Source: an uncultured Verrucomicrobiae bacterium
GTDB taxonomy: Bacteria > Verrucomicrobiota > Verrucomicrobiia > Limisphaerales > Palsa-1400
NCBI GenBank assembly: GCA_963707025.1
Contig: CAVPOM010000011.1
Location: forward strand, 32,001 to 96,000
Reading direction: 5' to 3'
DNA length: 64,000 nucleotides
Of the stretch, positions 1 to 10,423 are shown one piece after another. The position numbers were made by a program, and so were the translations under genes. The notes beneath the pieces are model-generated. The model did not search any database, had not been told where the DNA came from, and saw only the letters and a program-made list of their open reading frames with translations. The stretch's first letter is position 1, and each line of letters starts with the position of its first letter.

Positions 1-1317
1 CTTGCTGCTGTGCAACGGCGACTCGCTGGAAGGGGGTTTGCTCTCCATTGACGCGCGCCAGGTTGTCCACTGGAAACACGCGGATGTGGCCGAACCGATC
101 GAATTCAAACTGGAGGGCGTTTCCCAGCTTGACCTCCACCCGCCCGCGCCGCCGGACCGGGGCAGCAACTATCCCTGCAAAGTATTCCTGACCCAGGGCG
201 ACGTGCTGGAGGCAAGCCTGGTTTCCTGCACGCGGGACACCCTTTGCCTCCAGACCTGGTATGCCGGTCCATTGAAAATTCCGCGCAAACAAGTGCAATC
301 GGTTTATTTCTTCCCAACCACGCCGGATATTTTCAACGCCATCGGGCCGGAGGGTTGGACGCAAGGCGCGGTGACGGGGGCATTGGCCGGGGCGGTCCCG
401 GGGTCGAGGCGGGCCAATGGACCTTTCGCGATGGCGCGTTCTATGCCGCCAAATCCGCCTCCATTGCCCGCGACATCAAGCTGCCGGACACGGCCGACCT
501 CCAGTTTGACCTGGCTTGGAGCAGCAACCTCACTCTTTCCGTCGCCCTCTATACCGATTCACTCCAGCCCATCCTCATCGCCGACAAGGATAGCGCGCCT
601 AAATTTGGCGCCTTCTACAGCATGCGTTTTCAACAATTGTTTGTGGAGGTGGCGCGGATCAAACAAAGGGTGGAGCTTGTTTCCCTGCCCCCGGCGGTCG
701 TGCCCGCCTTTTCTCAAACCAACCGCGTCCACATTGAGATCCGCGCCCGCAAGAAATCCAACACCCTGGCCCTGGCGGTGGACGGCCAGTGGCTCCAGGT
801 CTGGAATGACACCAATGGTTTTGTGGGAGAAGGCACCGGGGTGCGATTCGTCCATAACGGCATGGGCCAGGTCAAAGTCAGCAACCTGCGCCTGGCCCCT
901 TGGGACGGCGTGTGGGAGGCCGATCAAACCAATGTTCCGCCCTCCGACCAGGACGTCGCCTGGCTGACCAACACCACCACCCTGGCCGGCGTGATCGAAT
1001 CGCTCGCCGACGGCAAGATGACCCTGCGCGGCAAACGCGACAAGGTGGAGGTCCCGCTCGGCCGGGTCCGGCGCCTGGCCTTCGCCCCGCCGCAGGACGA
1101 ACCGGCCCGGGAATTGCCTGGAACCGTCCATGCCATTTTCGCGCATGGCGGCCCGGTCACTTTTCAATTGGAAAGCTGGGCCGCCGACGGAGTCAACCTG
1201 CGCAGTCCTGTTTTTGGCCAAGCCAAATTCGACCCGAATGCCTTCCGCCGGCTCGTTTTTCACCCCCTGGACACCATCGCCGGCGAGGGCACCAACGGCG
1301 GAACCGGTTTGCGTTAA
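1..1317 (+). CDS. Hypothetical (probably exported) protein, 5'-partial, apparent frameshift near 400
   Basis: ORF 2..967 reads as protein up to ...ALAGAVPG, then plausible protein continues in ORF 244..1317 from VEAGQWTFRDG; no family recognised. Confidence 0.6.
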
Positions 1318-1584
1318 TCAAGGTGACTTTATCCCTGCTTGCAACAATCGTCGAAGCTCCAGCGAACTTCGAGGCTTGCATGAAAGGCCTCTCTTGAACT
1401 GCAATCCCACAGAACCACCCATTTCCGACAAGATTCTCAGTCCGCTGTATTACGGGGGAATATCCAATGTCGGGGGAATGATTGTCAGGGGAATGGGAAA
1501 AAACAATGTCAGGTTTATTCCCCTGACATCTCCCCTGTCTTTTCCATTTTCGCAGGTAACGCTTCCTGGACGCACCGGCGCGGC

Positions 1585-2163
1585 TCACTGGCGGCGGCGC
1601 CACCAGAACATCCGCTCCAGATTGGTCCGGTTCGGGTAGGAACGCGGGACCCATTCCTCCAGCAAATCAAATTGCGGCGAAAACCGCTCCCAGATTTCCG
1701 CCCGCGTCGTGCCAAAGGGCGGACCCTCCGTGTCGGGGATCAAATAATGCACGGCCAGGAAGTCGCCGCCGGGCTTGAGCCAGCGCCGCACGGCCGCCAC
1801 ATAATCCCCGCGCCGGCCGGGATCAATGGCGCAAAAAAGCGTGTGCTCGAAAATCCAATCGAACGGCCGCGGCGGTGTGTCGCTCAGAAAATCGGCCAGG
1901 ATGAATTCGGCGGACAAGCCGGCGGCGCGCGTCTTTTCGGCCGCCAGACGGACGGCGCTGGGGGAAATGTCGCAGCCCGTCGCGGCCAATCCCGCCCCGG
2001 CCCAGACGCGCGCATCGTGCCCCGTGCCGCAGCCCGGCACCAGCACCGTGCCGCGCGCCAACTGCGGCCGGGCCGCCAAAAAATCCACCAGGCCGGGCGC
2101 GGCCTCGCCCTTTTCCCACGGCATGTCGCCGGTTTGATAACGTTCTTCCCAATCGGTTGGCAT
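1585..2163 (-). CDS. SAM-dependent methyltransferase, thiopurine S-methyltransferase-like
   Basis: N-terminal WEERY..GDMPW, motif I VLVPGCGTGHD, FDWIFEHTLFCAI. Confidence 0.85.
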   Translation of the reverse strand: MPTDWEERYQTGDMPWEKGEAAPGLVDFLAARPQLARGTVLVPGCGTGHDARVWAGAGLAATGCDISPSAVRLAAEKTRAAGLSAEFILADFLSDTPPRPFDWIFEHTLFCAIDPGRRGDYVAAVRRWLKPGGDFLAVHYLIPDTEGPPFGTTRAEIWERFSPQFDLLEEWVPRSYPNRTNLERMFWWRRRQ

Positions 2164-2211
2164 GTGGATGGCCTGATTCCAGCGACGGTCATAGACCGCC
2201 GCTACAGCCTG

Positions 2212-2937
2212 CTACGATGCGGCGATGGTTCCGTCAACCAACTCCACCACCCGCGGGGCGCGCGCGGCGATCCTGGCGTCGTGCGTGGCCATGATCAGCG
2301 TGGCCCGCCGCTCCTCGCGCAGCGCGCAGAGCAAATGGATGATCTCCTCGCCGGTGTGCGAATCCAGGTTGCCGGTGGGTTCATCGGCCAGGATCAAATC
2401 CGGCTGGTTGACCAGCGCGCGGGCGATGGCCACCCGTTGTTGTTCGCCGCCGGACAATTCGTAGGGCCGGTGCTCCAGGCGCGCGCCCAAACCGACCCGC
2501 TGGAGCAACTCGCGTCCCCGCGCCGCCGCTTCCTTGCGGGCCAGGCGCGCCATCCGCGCCGGCAGGGCCACATTTTCCAGCGCGCTCAATTCGGGCAGCA
2601 AATGGTAGGCCTGAAAAACAAAACCGACGCGGCGGTTGCGCAGCCGGGCCAGGGCGCGGGCGGGCAGGGCGCGCAGATCGGCTCCGTCAAATATAATTTC
2701 TCCGGCGTTGGGCAGGTCCAGCCCGCCCAGCAGGTGCAGCAGCGTGCTTTTCCCCGCCCCGGACGCGCCGCGCAGGGCCAGGAACTCGCCGCGCTGCACC
2801 GTCAGGGCAATGTCCCGCAGGACCTCCAGCCAGCGCCGGCCCATGAGATAGGACTTGCCCACCCCGCGCGCCGTCAGGATCGGTCCGCGCGCCGTCGCCG
2901 GCGCCAGGGCCGGCGGTTCCGGGCAGGCCTCATTCAT
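2212..2937 (-). CDS. lolD: Lipoprotein-releasing ABC transporter ATP-binding subunit
   Basis: Walker A GASGAGKST, LSGGEQQRVAIARAL, ADEPTGNLD; overlaps the stop of lolE. Confidence 0.9.
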   Translation of the reverse strand: MNEACPEPPALAPATARGPILTARGVGKSYLMGRRWLEVLRDIALTVQRGEFLALRGASGAGKSTLLHLLGGLDLPNAGEIIFDGADLRALPARALARLRNRRVGFVFQAYHLLPELSALENVALPARMARLARKEAAARGRELLQRVGLGARLEHRPYELSGGEQQRVAIARALVNQPDLILADEPTGNLDSHTGEEIIHLLCALREERRATLIMATHDARIAARAPRVVELVDGTIAAS

Positions 2938-4201
2938 GGCGCAGCGCCTCCACCGGTTGCAGACGGCTGGCCTTCCAGGCGGGAAACAGCCCGGCCAAAA
3001 CACAGGCGCAAAAGGCCGTCCCGCAAATCAATAAAATGTCGCCGGTTTCAATCGAATAGGGCAAGTCATAGACCTGGTAAATGGAGGGGGGGAGCAAATA
3101 GATGTGGGTAACATCGCGCATGAAATGGAGAAACTCATTGAGATAATGCAAGGCCAGGTTGGCCAAGCCAAACCCCAGCCCGACGCCCAGGATCCCGACC
3201 ACCACGCTTTGGCTGAGAAACAGCGCCAGCACCTGCCCGTTGCTCGCGCCCAGCGCCTTGAGAATGCCGATCTCGCGGGTTTTTTGCACGACGAACGTGA
3301 TCTGGCTGCTCACAATCCCAAAGGCGGCCACGATCATGATAAAAAACAGCAGGATAAACATCATGTTCTTCTCCACGGCCAGCGCGTTGAAAATATCGGG
3401 CGAATCCTGCCGCCAGGTCACCAGGCGCAGGGGTTCCTTGAGCGCGGCCTGCAATTCGCCCGCCACGCTGTCCACGCGGAATTCGTCCCGCAATTTCACC
3501 TTGATCCCGGTTACGCTGTCCTCCGGCAACTCAAAGACACGGGCTGCGTCTTCCAGCGACGCTACCAGATGGGTTCTGTTATAGATGGGAAAACCCACGT
3601 CAAAAATACCCCGCACCGTAAATTCCGATGGCAGGACCACCTCTGCGTTGGTCTTGCGGGCGGCGTCCGCCATTTTTTTCAGGCTGCGCCCAGAATAGAT
3701 CGCCAGGCGGTCGCCCACTTGGAGGCGCAGATAATCCGCCAAGTCGCTCCCCACCAGCAAACCCTTGTCGCCCACGTCAAATTTGCCATTGGTGATGCTG
3801 CTGGGCAGCACCGTGACGCTCCCCTCGCTGCCCGGATCAATTCCATCCAGGATCGCCGCGGCATAGTTGGAGTCGTCCACGCTCTGCTCGGTTTGGGCCA
3901 CGACCTCGCCGGTAATAAACGGCGCCACGCCCACAACCTCGGGCTGGCGGGTGATCTCCTTGAGCAACACCGGGTAATTGGTCATGGCGGAGTAGTCGGA
4001 GTTGTAAACCTTGAGATGCGCGTTGAAGCCCAGGATGCGAGTGCGCCATTCCTGGTCAAAACCGCTCATCACGGCGATGACCACGATCAACACCGCCACG
4101 CCCAGCAAAACCCCGATCACCGAGATGACCGTAATGACAGAAACAAACGTCCGCCGCGGACGCAAATAGCGCAGCGCCAAAAATGCCTCAAAGGGCGGCA
4201 T
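2930..4201 (-). CDS. lolE: Lipoprotein-releasing ABC transporter permease LolC/E
   Basis: ALRYLR..FVSVIT..GVAVLIVVIAVMSGF, KTREIGILKALGA, PAWKASRLQPVEALRHE. Confidence 0.9.
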   Translation of the reverse strand: MPPFEAFLALRYLRPRRTFVSVITVISVIGVLLGVAVLIVVIAVMSGFDQEWRTRILGFNAHLKVYNSDYSAMTNYPVLLKEITRQPEVVGVAPFITGEVVAQTEQSVDDSNYAAAILDGIDPGSEGSVTVLPSSITNGKFDVGDKGLLVGSDLADYLRLQVGDRLAIYSGRSLKKMADAARKTNAEVVLPSEFTVRGIFDVGFPIYNRTHLVASLEDAARVFELPEDSVTGIKVKLRDEFRVDSVAGELQAALKEPLRLVTWRQDSPDIFNALAVEKNMMFILLFFIMIVAAFGIVSSQITFVVQKTREIGILKALGASNGQVLALFLSQSVVVGILGVGLGFGLANLALHYLNEFLHFMRDVTHIYLLPPSIYQVYDLPYSIETGDILLICGTAFCACVLAGLFPAWKASRLQPVEALRHE

Positions 4202-4212
4202 CCGGACCGGGA

Positions 4213-4794
4213 TTACGGTTGGGCCGGCGGAATATCAATGGGGTGAAAGGGCTCGCCAAAACGGCCGTAATCGAAGCGATCAATGTTGTAATCATCCATG
4301 TCCACCACCCGCAGATAACGGTAGCGCAGGACCACCGTCCCGTCCTCCACCTTTTCCGGCACGCCATAGACGATGGCCAGCTTGCCGGGGCTGGCGAAGC
4401 TTTCCGCCGCGTCGCTGCCGGCCATCGGGTCGTTGCGGCGCAACACCCAGTCCGTGCAGAACAGACCTTCGCCGTGCGAGGAGACGTTGAGTTGCACCTC
4501 GCCGAAGCAGCGGTCCTCCTCCCAGTTAAAATAATGATGCTCGAACGTCGTCTTCGCATGAATCAAGCCGTCCTTCCCCGTCTCCGCATCGGTGTGGAGG
4601 ATGATCCCGGCCCAGCCCACGCCGGCGTTGGTGTATAAATCCAGGTTCTGGCGGATGTCGCCCGGATAAATATCCAGCTTGTCCTTGATGATCTCCGTGT
4701 TCTCCGGCCGGGTGGCGGCCAGATAGGTCACATCGGTGGCGCAGGCGAAAAGAAAGGGCACGGCGCCCAGGAGCAGAGCGATAAGGCGATTCAT
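4213..4794 (-). CDS. Hypothetical lipoprotein
   Basis: Signal peptide with lipobox-like LFAC; clean 193-aa ORF. Confidence 0.65.
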   Translation of the reverse strand: MNRLIALLLGAVPFLFACATDVTYLAATRPENTEIIKDKLDIYPGDIRQNLDLYTNAGVGWAGIILHTDAETGKDGLIHAKTTFEHHYFNWEEDRCFGEVQLNVSSHGEGLFCTDWVLRRNDPMAGSDAAESFASPGKLAIVYGVPEKVEDGTVVLRYRYLRVVDMDDYNIDRFDYGRFGEPFHPIDIPPAQP

Positions 4795-4925
4795 AAATTT
4801 ATTCAGTTTTCGGCAAAACCAGCGCGAGGACCGGCGGCAGTGAGTTGCCGCGCGTCCGGCCAGCCTTGACCAGAATAAACCTACCTCATCCGCGCTTATA
4901 TTTCCACAATTCTTTTTAGGGGCCC

Positions 4926-5771
4926 TTATTTCGCCAAGGCCCGCAGCCTGGCCAGGTTTTCCACGTCTTCGTGCAGGTCTTCCGATTTGGGGGTTTCCAG
5001 GCAGCCGGGGGACGCCGGAAAACGGGCGTCGTTGACGAGGTGGCGGAAGCCGGCCAAACCGATTTTGCCCTGGCCGATGTGCTCATGGCGGTCCACCCGC
5101 GAGCCGAGGCCGGTTTTGGAATCATTGAGGTGAAAGGCCAGAATTTCCTTGCGGCCGATCAGCTTGTCCACCTTCCGAATGGCCGCGTCCCAGCCCTTGC
5201 CCGTCCGCAAATCGAATCCCGCCGCAAAAAAGTGGGCCGTGTCCAGGCAAAGGCCCAGCCTTTCCGGCTGCCGGACCGCGTCGAAAATCGCCGCCAGGTG
5301 CTCGATTTTGTGGCCGAGGCACGTGCCCTGGCCGGCGGTGTTTTCCAGCGCCAGGCGCACGCCCGAGTTTTTCGTTTTGGCCAGGACCTCATCCAGTCCC
5401 GCCACGATGAGTTCCAGCCCGCGCGCCTCGCCCGCGCCCAGGTGCGCGCCCGGATGCAGGACCAAAAACGGCAGCCCCAGCGCGGCGGCGCAGGAAATTT
5501 CCTGGAGCAACGATTGCAGCGAGCGGGCGCGGTTGGGCGAAGGCGGCCCGCCCAGGTTGATGAGGTAGCCGGCGTGGCCGAAGACTACCTTGAAGCCGGC
5601 CCGCGCCCGTGCCGCGGCAAAGGCCGCCGCCTCGTCCGGCCCCGGCGGTTTGCCCAGCCACTGCATGTTATTCTTGACAAAAATCTGGACCACTTCGCAG
5701 CCGAGGGACGCCCCGCGTTGCAGCGCCGTGCCAAGCCCCCCGGCCGTGGAACAGTGCGCGCCAAAAATCAT
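4926..5771 (-). CDS. nfo: Endonuclease IV
   Basis: GAHCSTAGG, HAGYLINL, LENTAGQG, CLDTAH, HLNDSK, DRHEHIG, LETP. Confidence 0.93.
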   Translation of the reverse strand: MIFGAHCSTAGGLGTALQRGASLGCEVVQIFVKNNMQWLGKPPGPDEAAAFAAARARAGFKVVFGHAGYLINLGGPPSPNRARSLQSLLQEISCAAALGLPFLVLHPGAHLGAGEARGLELIVAGLDEVLAKTKNSGVRLALENTAGQGTCLGHKIEHLAAIFDAVRQPERLGLCLDTAHFFAAGFDLRTGKGWDAAIRKVDKLIGRKEILAFHLNDSKTGLGSRVDRHEHIGQGKIGLAGFRHLVNDARFPASPGCLETPKSEDLHEDVENLARLRALAK

Positions 5772-5883
5772 GCGGGAATAGTGGATGAGACAAGGGTTTA
5801 GGCAATGGCGTTTTTTACGGATCCCAAACATTTTTTTCCAAATCAAACTGGATCTAATCCCATGACTTGCGCAAACTCTCTCC

Positions 5884-6474
5884 GTGAGCACAGATAAGTT
5901 GCCGCGGTTTATTCGGGAGAATTACGAGTTGCACGAGTGGCGGCACGCCACGGCAATTCTGCAAAACGACTTTCCGGGAGAATACGCTGACGTGGTTGGT
6001 GTGTTAAGCAGGTTGAGGTTACGAAGGAGCTGGATTCAGGTCGGTGGCGGCAACAAAACCGAACTTGCCAAGTGGATAGATAAAGAACTGGGGCTGAAGG
6101 GGTGGATACCGAAGAATTTCGACACCAAGATTTCAGTGGACGGCGTGGAAACTCTATCTCCTACGCATGAAATCAACTGCTTCAAAAATCGGGTCGCGTT
6201 GGAACTGGAGTGGAATAACAAGGACCCATTTTTCGACCGGGATTTGAACAACTTTCGGCTGCTGTTCGATCTTCGTGCCATCTCGGTCGGAATTATCCTC
6301 ACACGCTGCGATGAATTGCAGGAGATTTTCAACCAACTCGGCCGTGGTTCCTCTTACGGGAATTCGACAACACACATTTCCAAACTTGTGCCTCGAATTC
6401 TCGGTGGTGGTGGGGCAGGCTGTCCGTTATTGGTTTTTGGCATGAGGAAATCGTTGTATGAACCAGATAATTAG
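5884..6474 (+). CDS. BglII/BstYI-family type II restriction endonuclease
   Basis: THEINCFKNRVALELEWNNKDPFFDRDLNNFRLL motif; lower GC; overlaps the MTase start. Confidence 0.8.
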   Translation: MSTDKLPRFIRENYELHEWRHATAILQNDFPGEYADVVGVLSRLRLRRSWIQVGGGNKTELAKWIDKELGLKGWIPKNFDTKISVDGVETLSPTHEINCFKNRVALELEWNNKDPFFDRDLNNFRLLFDLRAISVGIILTRCDELQEIFNQLGRGSSYGNSTTHISKLVPRILGGGGAGCPLLVFGMRKSLYEPDN

Positions 6475-7114
6475 CCCGGCACAAGATTTGCTAAAACAGG
6501 TTCACGGTCAATACGCGACCATACTCGCTGACCCACCCTGGCGTTTCGCTAATCGCACTGGCAAAATGGCGCCAGAGCACAAGCGGTTGCTCCGCTACCC
6601 GACCATGAGCCTTGATGAGATAAAGGGCCTGCCGGTCGCAGCATTGGCGGCGCCCAAAGCGCATTTGTACCTCTGGGTGCCGAATGCTTTGCTGAATTGG
6701 GGTTTGGAGGTGGTGCAGGCGTGGGGTTTTGAATACAAGACCACCATCACTTGGTATAAGACCCGCAAAGATGGCGGGCCGGACGGTCGCGGCGTCGGGT
6801 TCTATTTTCGCAATGTGACTGAATTGCTTTTGTTTGGAGTGAAGGGCAAGAACAATCGTACTTTAAAACCGGGCCGCACCCAGACCAACATCATTGTGAC
6901 TCGCAAGCGGGAGCATTCCCGCAAGCCGGATGAACTTTACCCGATCATCGAATCCTGTTCTCCCGGCCCTCGGTTGGAGCTTTTTGCTCGATTCAAGCGA
7001 GCGGGGTGGCGGCAGTGGGGCAATGAGGATGTAGAACAAAACGCAGAAGAAGGAGTCGCCCTTCGAAACGGGCACTCCGCAGAACTGGTGTCTGTTCCTG
7101 GTGGTTTCTGGTAA
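6458..7114 (+). CDS. MT-A70 family adenine methyltransferase
   Basis: ILADPPW, HLYLWVPN, WGFEYK, EHSRKP, LELFAR..GWRQWGNE. Confidence 0.9.
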   Translation: MNQIISPAQDLLKQVHGQYATILADPPWRFANRTGKMAPEHKRLLRYPTMSLDEIKGLPVAALAAPKAHLYLWVPNALLNWGLEVVQAWGFEYKTTITWYKTRKDGGPDGRGVGFYFRNVTELLLFGVKGKNNRTLKPGRTQTNIIVTRKREHSRKPDELYPIIESCSPGPRLELFARFKRAGWRQWGNEDVEQNAEEGVALRNGHSAELVSVPGGFW

Positions 7115-7170
7115 TTCGGTTGCCTTGCCTCTCAGCTTTCGGCTGACATCGAGGCGCTGTAGAACATCCG

Positions 7171-7424
7171 CTAAAGTCTCTCTGGCGTTTGCAGCAAGGA
7201 CGCCACGCGCGCCAGCAGGCGGCCCGCCCCGCCGCCGTCCAGCACGCGGTGGTCGAAACTCAGGGTCAAATTCGCCTCTGTTACCGGAATAAATTGCTGC
7301 TTCTGCTCATCCCAGTGAGGAACTTTTTTGCCCGCGCCCACGCCCAGCACCAGGGTTTATTCGGGCAGTGGAATGGGCGTGGCCCAGGTCAGGCCGAAAG
7401 TGCCGAAATTAGTCACCGTGGCAA
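7171..7424 (-). pseudogene. Diverged duplicate of the last ~254 bp of the E2 gene (8044..8297)
   Basis: Aligns colinearly with 8044..8297; has a CAA->TAA nonsense change. Confidence 0.9.
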
Positions 7425-7506
7425 ACTGACCCGCTGGCGTCATTTTATAACCCTTGACAACTCGAAGCAACCATTCACTCTAAGCGCACTCTGAATCCAA
7501 ACCAGA

Positions 7507-7752
7507 ATGAACGCAGGGTTGAGATTTACTTTAACAAGACATTTTTGTATCCGGTTGTCGGAAAGAAAGTTAAGTGTTGATGATGTCAAAGCGGTTGTTC
7601 GCTCCCCATCAGACCAGAAGTTCTTGAAAAAGGGCATACATGGCGGTAAATTAAGCCGATTCAGGAAGACATCGAGCGGCAAAACGCTCGTGGTGATTGC
7701 TGAGATTAGGAATGGAGAATGCTGGATCGCCACTGCATATTATGAGAATTGA
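7507..7752 (+). CDS. DUF4258-like / RelE-BrnT-fold putative toxin
   Basis: 81 aa, FTLTRHFCIRLSER...KTLVVIAE...WIATAY; paired with the next ORF. Confidence 0.6.
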   Translation: MNAGLRFTLTRHFCIRLSERKLSVDDVKAVVRSPSDQKFLKKGIHGGKLSRFRKTSSGKTLVVIAEIRNGECWIATAYYEN

Positions 7753-8047
7753 GCGTCACACATTGATGGTCACGAGCACGGCCCCGCCAACGATCGAAGT
7801 TGACCGGGAAGCGGCGGCAGTTTATGTGCGATTCAAGAGGGCATCTGTCGCCAAGACGGTGACTCGGCCCTGTGAATCAATGAATATCGCCATTGATTTG
7901 GATGCGAAAGGAGAAGTCATTGGAATTGAAGCCGTGGGGTTGACTGAATTCTCAATACAGTCCATTTTGGAAAAGGCCTGCGTGCAAGCTCCCAAGACAG
8001 ACTTTTCCCGCGCTCAATACATCCCTGCCGATCTTGTGGCGGCCTAA
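7742..8047 (+). CDS. DUF2283-like putative antitoxin
   Basis: DREAAAVYVRF...IAIDLDAKGEVIGIE motif. Confidence 0.7.
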   Translation: MRIERHTLMVTSTAPPTIEVDREAAAVYVRFKRASVAKTVTRPCESMNIAIDLDAKGEVIGIEAVGLTEFSIQSILEKACVQAPKTDFSRAQYIPADLVAA

Positions 8048-9249
8048 AGTCTCTCTGGCGTTTGCAGCAAGGACGCCACGCGCGCCAGCAGGCGGCCGGC
8101 GGCGCCGCCGTCCAGCACGCGGTGGTCGAAACTCAGGGTCAAATTCGCCTCTGTCACCGGGACAAATTGTTGCTTCTCCTCGTCCCAGAATGGAACTTTT
8201 TTGCCCGCGCCCACGCCCAGCACCAGGGTTTGTTCGGGCAGCGGAATGGGCGTGGCCCAAGTCAGGCCGAAGGTGCCGAAATTTGTCACCGTGGCAATGG
8301 AACCGCCGGTGGCGTCGTTGGGCAGGCGTCGTTGCCGGGCCAGTTTGACCAGTTCATTGTAACGCCCCACCAATTCGCCCAGCCGGCGGCTGTCGGCGTG
8401 GCGCAGCACCGGCACGAGCACGCCCTCCTCCGCTTCCACTGCGAAACCGACATCAATGGCCGGGGGATGGACGATTTGATTTCCGATCAGGCGGCCGGCG
8501 GGCGCGCTGTTTTCCGCCAGGGCCAGGGCCAGCGCCCGCAGCAAATAAAGGGCCGGCCCGGCTTTGACGGCGCTGTTTTTGCGATGGGCCATCATCGCCT
8601 CCAGGTTGCAGGGCAGCGCCACGGTGGCCAGGGGCCGCGTCCAGCTCCGCCGCATGGCGTCGGCCACCGCCACGCGCATGCTGGAGGCGCTGGTCAGCTT
8701 GTTCCGCTCCAACTGCTCCAGGAATTTCTCAAAATCCTGGATGGTCACCCGCCCGCCCGCGCCGCTCCCGGCCAGCCCCGCCAAATCCGCCGCGTGCATG
8801 CCCAGTTCCGCCATGCGCGCTTTCATGCGGGGCGACATATAACTGGCGCCCGCCGCGTGCGCCGGCACCGGCAATCCGCGCACGGTCGGTTGCACGCTTC
8901 GTTTTCTGCCCTCGTCGCTCGATTCGGTTTCGTTGGCCGCGCCCTGTCCGGGCGGGCCGCCCTGGCTGGAGCCGTGTTGATCCAGTCCCAGGCGCCGGGC
9001 ATCCTCGTCGGTCGCCTCCAAATAGCCCAGCACCGCGCCCACCGGATAGCTTTCATTGAGTTTGACCAGGAGCCGGTCCACTTTGCCGGGGCAGGGCGAG
9101 GCCACATTCATGGTCGCCTTGTTGGTTTCCACCTCGATGACATCCTGGTCCACGGCGACTTGATCGCCCACCTGGATATGAAAGGCAATGACGGTGGCTT
9201 CGGCGATGGCTTCGCCCAACTGCGGCATGATGATGGGAATTTGCGGCAT
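8044..9249 (-). CDS. 2-oxoacid dehydrogenase E2 (dihydrolipoamide acyltransferase)
   Basis: Lipoyl domain MPQLGE..EVETNKA, E3-binding GSGAGGRVT, catalytic LSFDHRVLDG. Confidence 0.9.
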   Translation of the reverse strand: MPQIPIIMPQLGEAIAEATVIAFHIQVGDQVAVDQDVIEVETNKATMNVASPCPGKVDRLLVKLNESYPVGAVLGYLEATDEDARRLGLDQHGSSQGGPPGQGAANETESSDEGRKRSVQPTVRGLPVPAHAAGASYMSPRMKARMAELGMHAADLAGLAGSGAGGRVTIQDFEKFLEQLERNKLTSASSMRVAVADAMRRSWTRPLATVALPCNLEAMMAHRKNSAVKAGPALYLLRALALALAENSAPAGRLIGNQIVHPPAIDVGFAVEAEEGVLVPVLRHADSRRLGELVGRYNELVKLARQRRLPNDATGGSIATVTNFGTFGLTWATPIPLPEQTLVLGVGAGKKVPFWDEEKQQFVPVTEANLTLSFDHRVLDGGAAGRLLARVASLLQTPERL

Positions 9250-9457
9250 GGCTACAGGGGAATGGAGTGGTGGAGGAGGGAAATGGAGTGGTGGAGGGGG
9301 GCAAGGGAGTGATGGAGTGATGGAGTAATGGGGGGATGGAACAATTCCAGCACTCCAACACTCCAATACTCCAACACTCCGTCATTGGGGTGAGGGGCAA
9401 ATCCCAGCACTCCAACACTCCACCACTCCACCACTCCGTTTGTCTGGGTCGTCTTCT

Positions 9458-10423
9458 TCACATTCGCAACAGATTGCGCGCGGCGGCGGCGATGCTCCGC
9501 ACTGTCGGCCGATGCGCGGTCCACAAACTGGGATGATAGGGAATGGGCGTGTCTTTGGAATTGAGCCGTTGCGGCGGCGCGTCGAGCAGGCCGAATCCTT
9601 CCGCCGCCACCCGGGCCAGGACCTCCGCAGTCACCCCGCCCCACGGCCAGGCTTCGCCCACGCACAACAACCGTCCGGTGCGCGCCACCGACGCCATCAC
9701 GGTATCCGTGTCCAGGGGTTTGATCGAACGCAAGTCCACCACTTCGATTTCCGCCCCTTCGCCGGCCAGTTCCTCCGCCGCCGCCAGCGAATCCTGCACC
9801 ATGGCGCTGTATGCCACGATGGTCAAATCGCGGCCGGGCCGCGCGATGCGCGCCTTGCCGGTGGGCATGGCCTCGGTCGGCAGCCCCTCCGCCTTGCAAT
9901 GGTAATAAAGATATTTGTGCTCGCAAAAAATCACCGGATCATCAATCGCCACCGCTTCGAGCAGCATGCTGTAGGCGTCTTCCGCCGTGGCGGGGGTCAT
10001 CACGATCAAGCCCGGGAAATGCGCGTAAACCGCCTCCAGGCTCTGGCTGTGGAAGGGCCCGCCCCCCGCCGTCCCGCCGGACGGCATGCGGATGGTGATG
10101 GGACACGGCACCTGCGAGCGCCAAAAAAGCGTGGCGGCCTGATTGACGATTTGGGTGAAACCCGGCGCGGAAAAATCGGCAAATTGCATTTCGACAATGG
10201 GGCGCATCCCTTCGATGGCCGCGCCAATGGCCGCCCCGACAATGGCATCCTCGCTGATGGGCGCATCGAGCACGCGGCCGGGGAATTCCACGGCCAGATT
10301 CTTGGTCGCCTTGAAGGCGCCGCCAAAGGCGCCCACATCCTGCCCGTAGATGAAGACGCGCGGATCATCGGCCAGCGCCTTGGCTTGCGCCGCGCGGATG
10401 GCTTCCAGGTAAGTGATGCTCAC
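9458..10423 (-). CDS. 2-oxoacid dehydrogenase E1 beta subunit
   Basis: GQDVGAFGGAFKAT, DAPISE, EMQFADF, GPFHSQS, EVVDLRSIKPLD; GTG start overlaps the E1a stop. Confidence 0.92.
   Translation of the reverse strand: MSITYLEAIRAAQAKALADDPRVFIYGQDVGAFGGAFKATKNLAVEFPGRVLDAPISEDAIVGAAIGAAIEGMRPIVEMQFADFSAPGFTQIVNQAATLFWRSQVPCPITIRMPSGGTAGGGPFHSQSLEAVYAHFPGLIVMTPATAEDAYSMLLEAVAIDDPVIFCEHKYLYYHCKAEGLPTEAMPTGKARIARPGRDLTIVAYSAMVQDSLAAAEELAGEGAEIEVVDLRSIKPLDTDTVMASVARTGRLLCVGEAWPWGGVTAEVLARVAAEGFGLLDAPPQRLNSKDTPIPYHPSLWTAHRPTVRSIAAAARNLLRM

Noticed and set aside
9260..9440. CACTCCA-type tandem heptamers (also ~27570..27630, ~42960) and TAATCT runs (33733..33758, 38754..38822) as CRISPR arrays
   Set aside because: Short simple repeats without unique spacers; no cas genes.
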